DNA of 51,625 nucleotides, taken from an uncultured Neisseriaceae bacterium (GTDB lineage: Bacteria > Pseudomonadota > Gammaproteobacteria > Burkholderiales > UBA11063). Below the pieces are notes generated by a model, which saw nothing but the letters and a program-made list of their open reading frames with translations, did not search any database and was not told the DNA's origin. The stretch covers positions 1-51,625 of the forward strand of contig CALFYC010000090.1 of NCBI GenBank assembly GCA_937952895.1. The letters are read 5' to 3'. This document shows positions 11,308-23,600 of the stretch, one piece after another (position 1 is the stretch's first letter; every line of letters starts with the position of its first letter). The translations under genes and the position numbers were made by a program.

Positions 11308-12351
11308 ATGGAAAAATCCTTTGACTGGGCCGTAATTGGAGCTGGACCTGCAGGAATAGCCGTAGTTGGGCAACTAATTGATAAAGGCATTACTCCAAGT
11401 AAAATTCTTTGGATTGATCCTAAATTTGCTGTTGGTGATTTCGGTTTATATTGGAATCAAGTATCAAGTAATACAATTGTTAAACTATTTAATGATTATC
11501 TAAATCATTTAAATGCATTTGAATATAATGATCGCCCAGGTTTTACTTTAGATAAACTTCCGCCGGATGAAACATGCAAGCTTGGAATTATGGCAAAACC
11601 TTTACAATGGGTCACTGATCGCCTACTTAATAAAGTAACTGGGTTAAAAGCTCATGTGGATAAATTATGTTTAACTAAACGTAAATGGCAATTACAATTA
11701 AATAACAATGAGATCCTTAAAGCCAAAAATGTAGTTATTGCAACTGGAGCAAAGCCCAGAACCATGGAAGCACCAGATAATGTGGAAACTATTAGCCTAT
11801 ATGATGCATTAGATCCACATAAATTAGCCAAAAAATGTTCAACTAATGATACTGTTGCCGTATTTGGTGCATCCCATTCAGCTATAATTATTTTACAAGC
11901 ATTACTTGATTTAAATGTTAAGCATGTAATTAATTTTTATACCTCACCATTAAAATTTGCCCTAAATGTTAATGGCAATATTTTATTTGATAATACAGGT
12001 CTGAAAGGCAATGCTGCAATTTGGGCTCAAGAAAATATTAATGGAATATTACCTCATAATCTTACACGTATTTATTCATCAAAAGATAATGTTGCGACAT
12101 ATTTACCACAATGTTCCAAAGTAATTCATGCAATCGGTTTTGACCGCCGAGCACCAATCATAGATGGGTTTCCAGAATGGAATTATAACCAAGCAACTGG
12201 AGTTGTTGCGCCTGGATTATTTGCTGTAGGAATTGGTTTTCCTGAAAGTAAAATAGATATTTTTGGTAATACTGAACTTAGGGTTGGATTATGGAAATTT
12301 ATGGAATACTTCGATCGAGCAATTCCTTTATGGCTACAATATAGCACTTAA
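11308..12351 (+). CDS. FAD/NAD(P)-dependent oxidoreductase, substrate unknown
   Basis: N-terminal GAGPAG dinucleotide fold, VIATGA, second Rossmann-like GASHSA, IHAIGF. Confidence 0.75.
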   Translation: MEKSFDWAVIGAGPAGIAVVGQLIDKGITPSKILWIDPKFAVGDFGLYWNQVSSNTIVKLFNDYLNHLNAFEYNDRPGFTLDKLPPDETCKLGIMAKPLQWVTDRLLNKVTGLKAHVDKLCLTKRKWQLQLNNNEILKAKNVVIATGAKPRTMEAPDNVETISLYDALDPHKLAKKCSTNDTVAVFGASHSAIIILQALLDLNVKHVINFYTSPLKFALNVNGNILFDNTGLKGNAAIWAQENINGILPHNLTRIYSSKDNVATYLPQCSKVIHAIGFDRRAPIIDGFPEWNYNQATGVVAPGLFAVGIGFPESKIDIFGNTELRVGLWKFMEYFDRAIPLWLQYST

Positions 12352-12364
12352 ATAAATAACTTTA

Positions 12365-13642
12365 ATGGATAAGCTTATGCTAAAAGCTAATCTTAACAAA
12401 AATAATTTAAAATTATTCATTTTTGCCATTCTAATTGGTGTATTTTCTGTAATCTTTGCAAAATCAGTAGATTGGGCCTTTGCAATATTCTTAAAATTAA
12501 CCCCAATATTACATTATTGGTTACTTTTATATATCCCATGTGGATTTTTAGTAATTACATTTCTCGTTACTCGCTACTTTCCAGAAGCCGCAGGTAGTGG
12601 AATTCCTCAAGCACTCTCTATTGGGAAAGTCACAAGTGATACAAAATTAAAAATCTTGTTTTATCCGCGCTTAATTATTTCCAAATATATTACTATTGTT
12701 GCTGGAACATTATTCGGTGCAACAATTGGACGCGAAGGACCAACTATTCAAATTGGAGCAACCATCTTATCTTTTTCAGCAAAACACCTAACCATTAATC
12801 AACGTAAAACCTTATTAAAAATTGGTGCTGCAGCTGGGCTTGCCGCAGCTTTTAATACTCCATTAGGTGGAATTGTATTTGCTTTAGAAGAATTATTTAA
12901 AGGTAAAACACTTAAATTATCTTTATTGAAAATTGCAGTTATTGCAACTTCTGGAATTGTAACGATTACATGCTTAGGTAATACCTCATATTTTGGGCGA
13001 GTGGAACGTGGATTATTATTTTATAATCTTGGAAAAATCACTCTACCTATAATCTTTATTGGTGTTTTATCTGGATTACTTGCATTTATTTTTTCTAAGG
13101 CAATTTACTATGCAACACTTAGTAGGAACAGTTTTCTGAATAAATTTCGTATAGAACATCCGTTAATTAATTCTTGTATATGTGGTTTTTTAGTTGCCAT
13201 TGTTGGATTAGTTTCACATAATCTTTCATTTGGTAATGGTTATGCCGAAAGTATTCTCGCTCTTTCTAATCAAGAACATTTGCCCAAACTTTATGTCTTA
13301 TATAAAATGGCAGGCTCGATTTTATCTACAAGTTCAGGGGTTCCTGGTGGTTATTTTGCAACTTCATTATCAATTGGTAATGGCGTAGGAAGTCTAATAC
13401 ATGGAATTTTACAAATTGATATTCCACTACAACAATATTATCTATTAGGAATGGTAGCTTTTTTAGCTGCAATTACTCAAGCACCGATAACAGCAATCAC
13501 TATGGTATTACAAATAACCTCATCACAAATTTTTACTTTGCCACTTATGATAACAGCACTAATCTCAACTTTCATCGCAAGTTTATTAGGTAAAAGTATT
13601 TATCATTACCAAATCAATAATCTTATTATAATTAACAAATAG
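12365..13642 (+). CDS. ClC-family chloride transporter, probable Cl-/H+ antiporter
   Basis: GSGIP, GREGPT (gating Glu), AAAFNTPLGG, FALEEL (proton Glu), GGYFA, terminal SIY; no CBS domains. Confidence 0.92.
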   Translation: MDKLMLKANLNKNNLKLFIFAILIGVFSVIFAKSVDWAFAIFLKLTPILHYWLLLYIPCGFLVITFLVTRYFPEAAGSGIPQALSIGKVTSDTKLKILFYPRLIISKYITIVAGTLFGATIGREGPTIQIGATILSFSAKHLTINQRKTLLKIGAAAGLAAAFNTPLGGIVFALEELFKGKTLKLSLLKIAVIATSGIVTITCLGNTSYFGRVERGLLFYNLGKITLPIIFIGVLSGLLAFIFSKAIYYATLSRNSFLNKFRIEHPLINSCICGFLVAIVGLVSHNLSFGNGYAESILALSNQEHLPKLYVLYKMAGSILSTSSGVPGGYFATSLSIGNGVGSLIHGILQIDIPLQQYYLLGMVAFLAAITQAPITAITMVLQITSSQIFTLPLMITALISTFIASLLGKSIYHYQINNLIIINK

Positions 13643-13703
13643 GCTAATATTTAAGACCTATTTGCTTTAGCTAATTCTAACATTTTCGAGCCACATAGTT
13701 GAT

Positions 13704-15638
13704 TTACAACATCTGCACTAAAACTTTTGGTAATACTTTTATGTTTAATTCTTGAACTTTATCCATTAATTTCTTATTTGCGTAATGGCTTGTTACTAAT
13801 ATTGATTTTGCTACTGAGACCCTAGAAATAACATCTAAACCATTAATACGTTCTTTTAATAATTCATAATCCGAAAGTAATATAACATTAGATTTTTCTG
13901 CTTCACTTAAATCATTTATAAATTCAATTACTTCATATCCAGATTCAAAATGTTTGATTTTTACTTCAGAATCAATTGATTTGAGCCAATTATCCCAGGC
14001 TCCATGAACTGATACATCATCATCTAAAATTACAATTAAATTATCTTTCGTAAATTCTATTTTTGTGGCAATCCAGTCTGGTGCTTCAATTGTTGGAAAA
14101 GTCAAAATCATTTTAGTTCCAAGTCCAGGGTTTGATTCTATTTGAAGAATACCATCACTTTTTGCTAATGTATCACGAATTTGCTCAAATCCAATTCCTC
14201 TACCACCAACTTTATTCGCAGTTACCACAATATTATTTAATATTTTTTGCTTCACTTCATCAGGCATACCAACACCATTATCTTCAATAATAACCCGCAA
14301 TTGATTATTTTCAAGATTAACTGATAGCTTTATTTGGCCATGCTTCTCTGGTAAAGCTTCAACTGCATTATTTAGAAGGTTTGAAATCATACGTTTAAAT
14401 AAACTAGACACCGTATTAATAAAGATAAATGCACTATCTTTACTAATTTCATGATTAAACGTAATAGCAAAAGGACTATATTGAGATTTTTTCTCACTTA
14501 ATATGGATAAAATCTCACAAGATACTAAGACTGGACCATTCGTTTCTTTGGAATTATTTATTATTTCTTCTGGGCTTTTATAACTATTTAGCAGATGGTG
14601 TGCAATATCATAAATACGGTCAGTTGCCTGCCTTAATACATCACGAGTGCCTTCTGGTAAATTTTCGCAGGATTTAAGCATAACTGATATTGCCATTATT
14701 GGAGAACCTATATCATGAGCTACTTGATTTACAATTTTTCTAAATTTTTCCTGTTCTTCAATTACTGTTAATAAATGTTGCTTTTCAGCTTCTGCTTTTT
14801 GACGCTGGCTTTCAACCCTTTGCGCATCATTTTCAGCCCTTAATCTTTCCTGCTCTAATCTATCTGTAATATCTACAGCAACACCTAAAATTCCAATTAA
14901 ATTACCATTTTTATCTAATAATGGACTTTTTTCACTTCTAACAATTTGCGATAATCCATTTTCATTATGAACTGTCAAGTTATCATCTTCTGACACATGA
15001 ACATTACCAGTTTCAATTACATATTTATCATTTCTAATAAATTTTTCAGCTATACCTTTATCCACCAACCCCCACGGTAAATCATAATCAGTTTTATTAA
15101 AAATTTCTGAGGAGTGTTTAAATCCGCATACACTGGCAAAATTTTGGTTGCATCCAATATATACAGAATCTAAATTCTTCCAGTACATATATCCGGGAGA
15201 ATTCTTAACAATAAAGTTGATATCTATATCTAAATAGTTATTTTCTTTAACCTCAGTTAAATCATGCAAAACCCCTATAATAGCTACAATATCCCCTTTT
15301 TCATCAATTAAAGGATATTTCTTATTTTTAAATACAATTCTTACAGCATCTTTACTATCACCCATAATAATACTAATATCAATTGTCTTATGTTCTTTTG
15401 TATCGATAACATATTGATCTGCTTTTTGGTTATTAACTAATATTTCAGGATTTACAAATTTGCTTAGGATATCAGTATCAGATAAACCGATAATTTGAGA
15501 AGGTGACATAAAACCTGTTAAGTTTGCAAAATTTTGATTACATCCTGCATATTTTAAATTTAAACCTTTATAGTATATATATCCAGGCAAAAATTTAATA
15601 ACTTGGTTAAGTATCATTAAAGTATTGATATCATTCAT
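13704..15638 (-). CDS. Soluble PAS-PAS histidine kinase with C-terminal receiver domain
   Basis: Two PAS/PAC repeats (PGYIYYK...YAGCNQNFA; PGYMYWK...YIGCNQNFA), H-box VAHDIGSP, N-box SNLLNNAVEA, EDNGVG, GRGIG, then REC (ILDDD...LSDYEL...LPK). No transmembrane segment. Confidence 0.88.
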   Translation of the reverse strand: MNDINTLMILNQVIKFLPGYIYYKGLNLKYAGCNQNFANLTGFMSPSQIIGLSDTDILSKFVNPEILVNNQKADQYVIDTKEHKTIDISIIMGDSKDAVRIVFKNKKYPLIDEKGDIVAIIGVLHDLTEVKENNYLDIDINFIVKNSPGYMYWKNLDSVYIGCNQNFASVCGFKHSSEIFNKTDYDLPWGLVDKGIAEKFIRNDKYVIETGNVHVSEDDNLTVHNENGLSQIVRSEKSPLLDKNGNLIGILGVAVDITDRLEQERLRAENDAQRVESQRQKAEAEKQHLLTVIEEQEKFRKIVNQVAHDIGSPIMAISVMLKSCENLPEGTRDVLRQATDRIYDIAHHLLNSYKSPEEIINNSKETNGPVLVSCEILSILSEKKSQYSPFAITFNHEISKDSAFIFINTVSSLFKRMISNLLNNAVEALPEKHGQIKLSVNLENNQLRVIIEDNGVGMPDEVKQKILNNIVVTANKVGGRGIGFEQIRDTLAKSDGILQIESNPGLGTKMILTFPTIEAPDWIATKIEFTKDNLIVILDDDVSVHGAWDNWLKSIDSEVKIKHFESGYEVIEFINDLSEAEKSNVILLSDYELLKERINGLDVISRVSVAKSILVTSHYANKKLMDKVQELNIKVLPKVLVQML

Positions 15639-15671
15639 ACTTAAAATTCCAAAATATTTATTTTCCTTTTT

Positions 15672-17576
15672 TTACCACTTTTCAGATAGCTCTTTCAAGG
15701 TTTTGAGATCAGTTTTTAAAATAACTTTTATGTATTCAGGAACATTTATTGAACTTTTATTTCCAGAAATTATATAGATGTTATTGTACCCTTTATTGTA
15801 GATTATATCAGCAATTTGAACACCCGTAATATCTTTATTATCAAAATTATTATCTAAGCATATCTTGGCATCTTTTGAATGATTTAGAATATTATTTAGG
15901 AAATTTTCTGGGTCTGAATATTTTATTACTTTCTTTCCTTTAAAGGCGAACAATGCTAGTGTATCCATAAATAATTGATCATCATCAACTATAATAATTT
16001 CCGCTTCTTTTCCACTTTCACTAAACTTTTCAACATTTTCAGAATTTTGCTTTTTAATTACAATTGAAATTTCTGAAGCTAATTGTTTCGGTAGGATCTT
16101 AGTTTTAATTTTTTTCACAAGTTGCTGAACTTGCTTATTTGCATAATGGCTAGTCACTAAAATGGACTCTCCTATTTTCGTCCTTTTTATAACATCTAGG
16201 CCATTTAAATTTTGATTTAATAATTCAAAATCGGTTAATAGTAGTATTTTTTTCTTTTCTTCGGGAGTAACTGTATTAATAAAATTTACTGCATCTTCGC
16301 CATAAGTAAAATGCTTTAATTTAAGCCATGGTGCATCTGTTTTAAAACGCCTATCCCATGCTCCATGTATTGAAGAATCATCATCTAAAATAACAACACA
16401 ATCATGATCTAAAATACTAATTTCACTTGCGATCCAATTAGGCGTTTCAAACCTAGGAAAACTTAGTATTATAGTAGTTCCTTCCCCAGATTTGGATATA
16501 ATATTAATTTTTCCATCACTAGGTTTTAGCATATCCATAACTTGTGTTAAGCCAATTCCATGACCATTTTTCTTTCCAGCAGTAACAGATTTACCTGATA
16601 ATATCTTATTAATTAACTCTGGAGACAATCCTTTTCCATTGTCTTCAACAATAACATCAATATTATTTTTAGAAGCCTGGATCTTTAAAATAACCTTTCC
16701 ACCAATTTTATTGTTCAATGCATCAACAGAATTATTTATTAAATTTGAAATTGCTCTTTTGAATGCGCTAGGTTCAGCTTTAATAAAAGCAAAAGTACCA
16801 CCATCTTTAAAATCATGCTCAAATTTAACTAGATGATTTTTATATTGAAAACCTTTCTCTGATAATAGTTGTAGTAACATTGACGATAAAAGTATTGCTT
16901 CAGACTGCTCGTTTAAATCATCTTGAATACTAGCTTTAGGGACATACATGTTTAATACATTATTCGTTATACCAGATATATTTAATGCAATTTCTCTTAA
17001 CATAATTCGTATATCTTCCGGAAGATTAGTGTAAGATTCAATTAACATTCTTAAACTAGCTAAAGGAGATCCTATATCATGAACCATCTGATCAACTATT
17101 TTTTTAAATTGTTGTTGTTCAACAATTGATCTTTTATGTACAGCATTCTCTATTTCTAAACGTTCCTTTTCTTTACTATCTGTAATATCAACCGAGACTC
17201 CAAGAATACCTACAATTTTTCCATTTTTATCAATAAGTGGAAATTTTTCACTTCTCAAAATAATAGAATTTCCATCTTCATTTTTTATCCCCAAATTTTC
17301 TTCAGTAACTATAAATTTTCCTGTTTTAATAACTTCTTGGTCAGCTCGAACATTATGATTCGCTGTTTCTGGCATTATAGAAGCCCAAGGCATATCATAT
17401 TCACTAATACCAATAATTTCTGAAGGTTCATCAAGCCCAATAAGTGTTGCAAAATTTTTGTTACACCCAATATAAACTGAATCTAAATTTTTCCAATATA
17501 TATGACCAGGACCATATTTAACAATATATTCTACGTCCACATCTGGCAGAGTAAATTTTGATATTTTGGATCGCAT
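15672..17576 (-). CDS. Soluble PAS histidine kinase with two C-terminal receiver domains
   Basis: Start taken at ATG 17576 after GGAG. PAS (PGHIYWK...YIGCNKNFA), H-box VHDIGSP, SNLINNSVDA, EDNGKG, GHGIGL, REC1 (ILDDD...LTDFEL...LPK), REC2 (IVDDD...CLDNNF...ISG). Confidence 0.88.
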   Translation of the reverse strand: MRSKISKFTLPDVDVEYIVKYGPGHIYWKNLDSVYIGCNKNFATLIGLDEPSEIIGISEYDMPWASIMPETANHNVRADQEVIKTGKFIVTEENLGIKNEDGNSIILRSEKFPLIDKNGKIVGILGVSVDITDSKEKERLEIENAVHKRSIVEQQQFKKIVDQMVHDIGSPLASLRMLIESYTNLPEDIRIMLREIALNISGITNNVLNMYVPKASIQDDLNEQSEAILLSSMLLQLLSEKGFQYKNHLVKFEHDFKDGGTFAFIKAEPSAFKRAISNLINNSVDALNNKIGGKVILKIQASKNNIDVIVEDNGKGLSPELINKILSGKSVTAGKKNGHGIGLTQVMDMLKPSDGKINIISKSGEGTTIILSFPRFETPNWIASEISILDHDCVVILDDDSSIHGAWDRRFKTDAPWLKLKHFTYGEDAVNFINTVTPEEKKKILLLTDFELLNQNLNGLDVIKRTKIGESILVTSHYANKQVQQLVKKIKTKILPKQLASEISIVIKKQNSENVEKFSESGKEAEIIIVDDDQLFMDTLALFAFKGKKVIKYSDPENFLNNILNHSKDAKICLDNNFDNKDITGVQIADIIYNKGYNNIYIISGNKSSINVPEYIKVILKTDLKTLKELSEKW

Positions 17577-17601
17577 ATTCAATACTCCATAATGCTAATC
17601 G

Positions 17602-20600
17602 TTAGTTTAATAAAATATTATTTAATATCCGAATGATTTCTTTTAGGCCAATACCGATATGCATAGTTTCATGATTGCCTGGCACCTTAAATACTTCCAC
17701 AGGAACATCTGTAAATTGTTGCCATCCATTATCTAAAGAACCATCTTTACTGAAATTCAATTTATCTTCGATCATTGCCTTAAGCAGTAAAATTTTGGTA
17801 TCAAATTTACGTGGTTTATAATTTATAAGCAATTGCATTAATTGCCATCTTGCATTTAATAGTATATCAATATCAAAATCATTTGATATATTTAAGAGTC
17901 TTTTATCATATTGAATTTGATCTTGCATAATCGATTTAAAGGTGGCTTCATTTTTATAATTATTATTAAATATAGTCCATGAATCTAACATAATTAAATA
18001 TTTAATAAATTTCCCACTTGCACTTAACTGCCTTCCCATTTCAAATGACAAATTACCACCCATAGATGATCCTATAAAAATATATTCACCATCCGGTTGG
18101 ATCTTTAATATTTCTTCAACATAAATTTTACATAACTCTTCAAAATTTGAGGTTTTAATTAATTGTACACCCGATATATTAATATTTTGGATTCCATAGT
18201 AATTATATATTTTGGGTAACCCTTCAATTATATCTAAATAAAATATTACGGAACCACCAATCGGATGAATAAAAAATATATTCTTATTACTCTTATTATG
18301 TAAAGCCAAGGGAATTAATATCTTATTAACACTATCTTTATTTTTTGCGTCTATATGAAATTTATAAATTTTTTCAATAGTGTTATAAAGTGTAATATCG
18401 AGCAAAGATAAATTAATTTCATATTTTTTGAGTTCAGTTATTAATTTAATTGCGTCAAGAGATGTTCCCCCATGTTTAAAAAAATTATCATATATACTGA
18501 TTTTTTCTACCTGTAATAAATCTAGAAAAATCTTTGCTATTTGGTAATGCTTTTCCGTTAAGTTTTCTTCTACTACCAACCCACAAATATTTTCTATATT
18601 ATCTTCACCTATATGAGATGAAACTCGAAAAGCATTATTAATCACCTCTGATATGTCAAATTTTGAAACTATTGCATGTGAAATATTCACATTTTTAATT
18701 AAATTCTCAAATAACTCACCGCCCTCTAAATTAGTAATTGAGCTATCAGATATAAATTTGTAATACTGATTTGACATGTCTACTGATTTTAGCATGGCAG
18801 TTTCTTTCCAACTAGGCCAATTTATAGTTAATAACCTACAACTATCTAGATAAGGTGTTGTTGATTCTGACAAATAATCTAGAAAACTATTTGTTGCACA
18901 ATATTCAATTCGATTTATATCACCTAACGTGCTTGCCAAAGAAGATATTGCAACAAAATATTTAATTTTAGCTGTATTTTCTAAAGCATAAATTAAATTT
19001 GCTGACCCATGAATTTTTGCCTGAGCAGCAAGCTTTATATTTTTAAAAGTTTTTTGATTACATGGAATAGGAGCCATTCCTGCTGCATGAATAATTCCAG
19101 AAATATATTTATACTCTTCTTGCAACCCATTAATCAAAGCTGATATTTTATGTCTACTAGATATATCACAAGTTTTGATTACAACCTTAGAACCAGAATC
19201 CTCTATCTCTTTTATAATAGTCAATTTATGTTGAATTAATTTATCTGAAATATTTTTATCTAATACATTGGTCCGTCCCACCAAAATAAATGTTACATTG
19301 TAAAGTGTCGATATTTTTTTTGCAATCGCTAATCCGATCTCACCCATACCTCCAGTTATTAATATAACATCTTTTTCTTCAATAATATTCTTATTGTTTG
19401 AATGATCTATCGAAATATTTTCAAATGATTCAAGCCACAAATATCCAAATCTAAAAGCATAGGGATTTTGGCTAATATAACTATTTTCATTCAAAATAAA
19501 ATTTAATAATATATCAGGATTAACTCTTGAAGAACATTCAATATCAACAATACACGAATTAATATTTACATTTTCATGTTTTATTGTTCTTATCATACCA
19601 ACTAATGAACCATTACACGGATTTATATTATCATACTCATCTATTTTCAATAATCCTTGGGTTAAAACAATAAATCTTTTAATACAATACATTGTATCCA
19701 AGATCTCTTTTTTTAACAAAAATATGCTATAATAACCTTTAATTAGTTCGTCATCAACTTTATTCCATTTCATTGGAATTTTTTCGGCTGTAACAGCATG
19801 TATAACTATATTAGGTTCAATTTTATTAATGCTTAAATATTTCATGATTTCCTTATAAGCATCTTCTGAACCAGAATTAATAACCAATCTCCCATTATCT
19901 AGATATTGATATGATTCAATCTCATTATTAATTTCAATAAAAACAGTTCCAAATCTTTCCAAAAAATCAAAGCTATTACATAAAATATTTTTAAAAATTA
20001 GTATATTTAAATTTACTTTAGGCATTTCATTTTTGCTTAGTTTACTAACCCGCTTCCATACTGGTGCGCTAATCCATCGATCACTAGGAAGTAATGTAAG
20101 TTTATTATAATTTTCTGAAATCAAAGATTTATTGTATGCTATCTTACTATCAAAATGATATCTGGGGATAGGCACACACACATTATACGCACTGTTATAA
20201 TATTTCTTAAAATCAACCTTATAACCATTTAACCATAATCTACTTAATATATCTTCTTTATAGTATATAGAATCTTGCACATTACTTTGTTTATATGAAT
20301 TTAGTATCTGAATCCCAATATATTTGTGCATTCCCTTATTATTTTTGGTAATTGTAGATGTTATTAGTGATTTACATGGTCCAACTTCAATAAAAAAAGG
20401 TGATTCGTAATTATTAAAAATTGTTTCAATCCCTTTACCGAGTTCAACGGTATTTCTCATGTGCTTTGACCAATAATAAGGGCTTATAGCATCTTCATCA
20501 GTTATAAAATCACCAGTTAAATTGGAAATAAATTTACGCTTTGGCACATTTAATGTAATTCCATCAAATTTATGAATAAGCTCTTTTGCCGCATCTTCCA

Positions 20601-23600
20601 TTAAATAAGAGTGGTATGCATGAGAAACTGATAATAGTATTGATCCAATTCCATTTTTATCTAATGTGCTTTTTAATACAGTAATATCTTCTTCATTACC
20701 AGATACAATGCAACTCTTTGGTGAAGTAACCACAGCTAATTCACATTTATTATCAATAAATTGCTTAATTTCAATAGGACCAATATCTACTGCCAGCATT
20801 TTCCCTGCTTGCATACTTTGCATTAATTGCCCTCTAGCAATAACAATTTTTATTGCATCATCTAAAGAAAATACCCCAGATAAAGTTGCCGCAACTAATT
20901 CACCTAAACTATTACCCAAGTAAACTGACGGGCTAATCCCGAATTTTTCTAATAAAATAGCTAATGAATAACTAATAATAAATATCGCAGGTTGTGCAAA
21001 TTCTGTCTGGTTGATGTCATATGTTTGATTACCGTTATTAAATATCTCAGGAAATAAAACTTGAGCAAAATCAATATTTTTTTCTTTATTAACTATCTCT
21101 AAACATTCATCAACAATTTCTTTATATTCCAAGCTATTTTTATATAAATCAGCGCCCATATTTGGATACTGAGAACCTTGCCCTGGAAACATAAACACTA
21201 CATTTTGTGAAGAAGTTATACCTTCTGATTTAAATATAGCATTTGCATTAAAATTTTTAAATTTTTCAATTGCATCTACTACTGAATCACAAACTATAGC
21301 TAACTTATATTGAAATGCTTTTTTATGTATTTGTAATGTATAAGCAATATCTTGTATTGAATCTTTTGTGGTTTCTAAATAATTTATAAAATCTTGTAGG
21401 TATAATTCTAATGATTGAATACTTTTAGCTGAAATTGGTAAAATGTATTTTAATTTTTCCCTGTCTATATTATCACTATTATGCTTAATAATTTTGTCAT
21501 GCTCATTAAAATCACTCAAGATAATATGTGCATTTGTCCCACCTATCCCAAATGAGCTCACCCCAGCAAATCTTGGTTTACTTTTTTGATTATTCCAGCT
21601 TAAATTTTTAGTTACAATCGCAAAATTTTTCTCTTTAAAATTGATTTCTGAATTTGGTATAGCGTAATTAATCTGCTGGGGAATAATATTTTGTTCAAAC
21701 ATTTTGCATACCTTAATTACTCCCGCAACCCCAGCTGCAGTATCAGTATGACCAATGTTTGCTTTAACGGACCCTAAGATACATTTGTGGTCATTCATTT
21801 TATTATCATTTGCAATAAATGCCTCATGTAAAGCCTTAAGTTCAATTGGGTCGCCAAGCCTAGTCCCCGTACCATGGCATTCTATATAATCAATTTGATC
21901 AGAAGTAATTTCGGCACTAAGTTGAGCATTAACAATACATTCTTTCTGCCCTAAAATACTGGGAGCTGTAAAACTTAATTTCCTATTTCCATCATTATTC
22001 GTTGCATACCCCTGAATTACAGCCACAATATTGTCTTGATCTTTTATAGCATCAGATAAACGTTTTAATAATACTAAACCAACTCCAGATCCAGCAATAG
22101 TCCCTGATGCATCATTATCAAATGGCCTACAATGTCCGTCCTTAGATAAAATCATACCTTCTTGATAAATATAACCAGTTTCATTGGGCATAAGTAGTGT
22201 AACCCCGCCAGCTATTGCCATATCACAATACCCAGAAACTAAGTTTTTACATGCTTCTATAATTGCAACTAGGCTAGTTGAACAAGCTGTGTTAATATTA
22301 TTTGCAGGACCTGTTAGTCCTAATAAGTAACTAATTCGTGTTGCAAGTGTTGTAGTGCTATTAAAATTAGCCGCTTCCCAAATATTAAGCGTATCTTGCG
22401 GATCATTAGTTGAACTTGAATATCTACTTTGCCCACTACCTACAAATACTCCAATATTAACATCAGCAAGCTGATTTATATAACCTGCATTATCTAATAG
22501 ATACCAGGCATGTTCAAGTAATTTTCGAATTTGAGGATCTAGGGAACTTGCATCTTTCTGGCTAAGACCCCAAAAAGATGCATCAAATTTGTTAATATCT
22601 TTAATATGACCAGATACTGGAATATAGTTTGGATTTAAAAATAAATCTTCTAGAACACCTAAATTTTTACATTCTTCTTGAGTAAAAACTTTTACCCCTT
22701 CTCGACCAGATTGAATTAAATCCCAATATTCATCTAGATTATCAGCCCCAGAAAATGCACCAGACATTGAGATAATAGCAATTTTATCTTTATCAATAAT
22801 ATTATTTTTATTAATAATTTTTATTTTACCGTTATTAGTATCATTAGTAAACTCTATTAGTTGCTGTACCGTTGTATACTTAAATAAATCTGCTACTTCA
22901 ATATTTGTAAATTCTTCTAACTTCGATAATCTATTTCTTAAATTAACAATTAATATGGAATCCCCACCCAATTCAAAAAAACTATTAGTAACCCCAATAC
23001 GAGTTTTGGGAATATTTAAAACATCAGACCAAATTTTAATTATGCTATTTTCCAATTGGCTAGTTGGTGGCACATAACTTTCAATTTCAGGTAATTTAAT
23101 ATTGGATAATGATTTTATATCCAATTTTCCATTATCGTTGATCGGAAATTGTTTTAGTGGAACCAATACACTTGGGATCATATATTCAAACAAATTATTT
23201 CTTAAATAATTAATAAGCTTGTCTTTTTTTATAAATTCATCAGAAACATAATATCCAATTAGTCGTATATTCTTTTGATCTTCTGTAGGTATAGCAAAAA
23301 CTTTAGCTTGTTTAATTCCTGGATAATGTATTAATTTATTTTCTACCTCTTTTAATTCAACTCTATTACCTCTAATCTTTACTTGTGAATCTGTACGTCC
23401 AATATATTCAAGATATCCACGAGTATGCCATCTTACTAAATCACCAGTTTTATATAGTCTAATAGTTTTATTATTAATATTCGCGACATCTTCATGGAAT
23501 TTATGATTAATAAATTTATGTTGGGTCAACTCTGGTTGATTTAAATAACCACGAGTAATCCCTATACCACTAATATACAATTCGCCCACTGAGCCTATTG

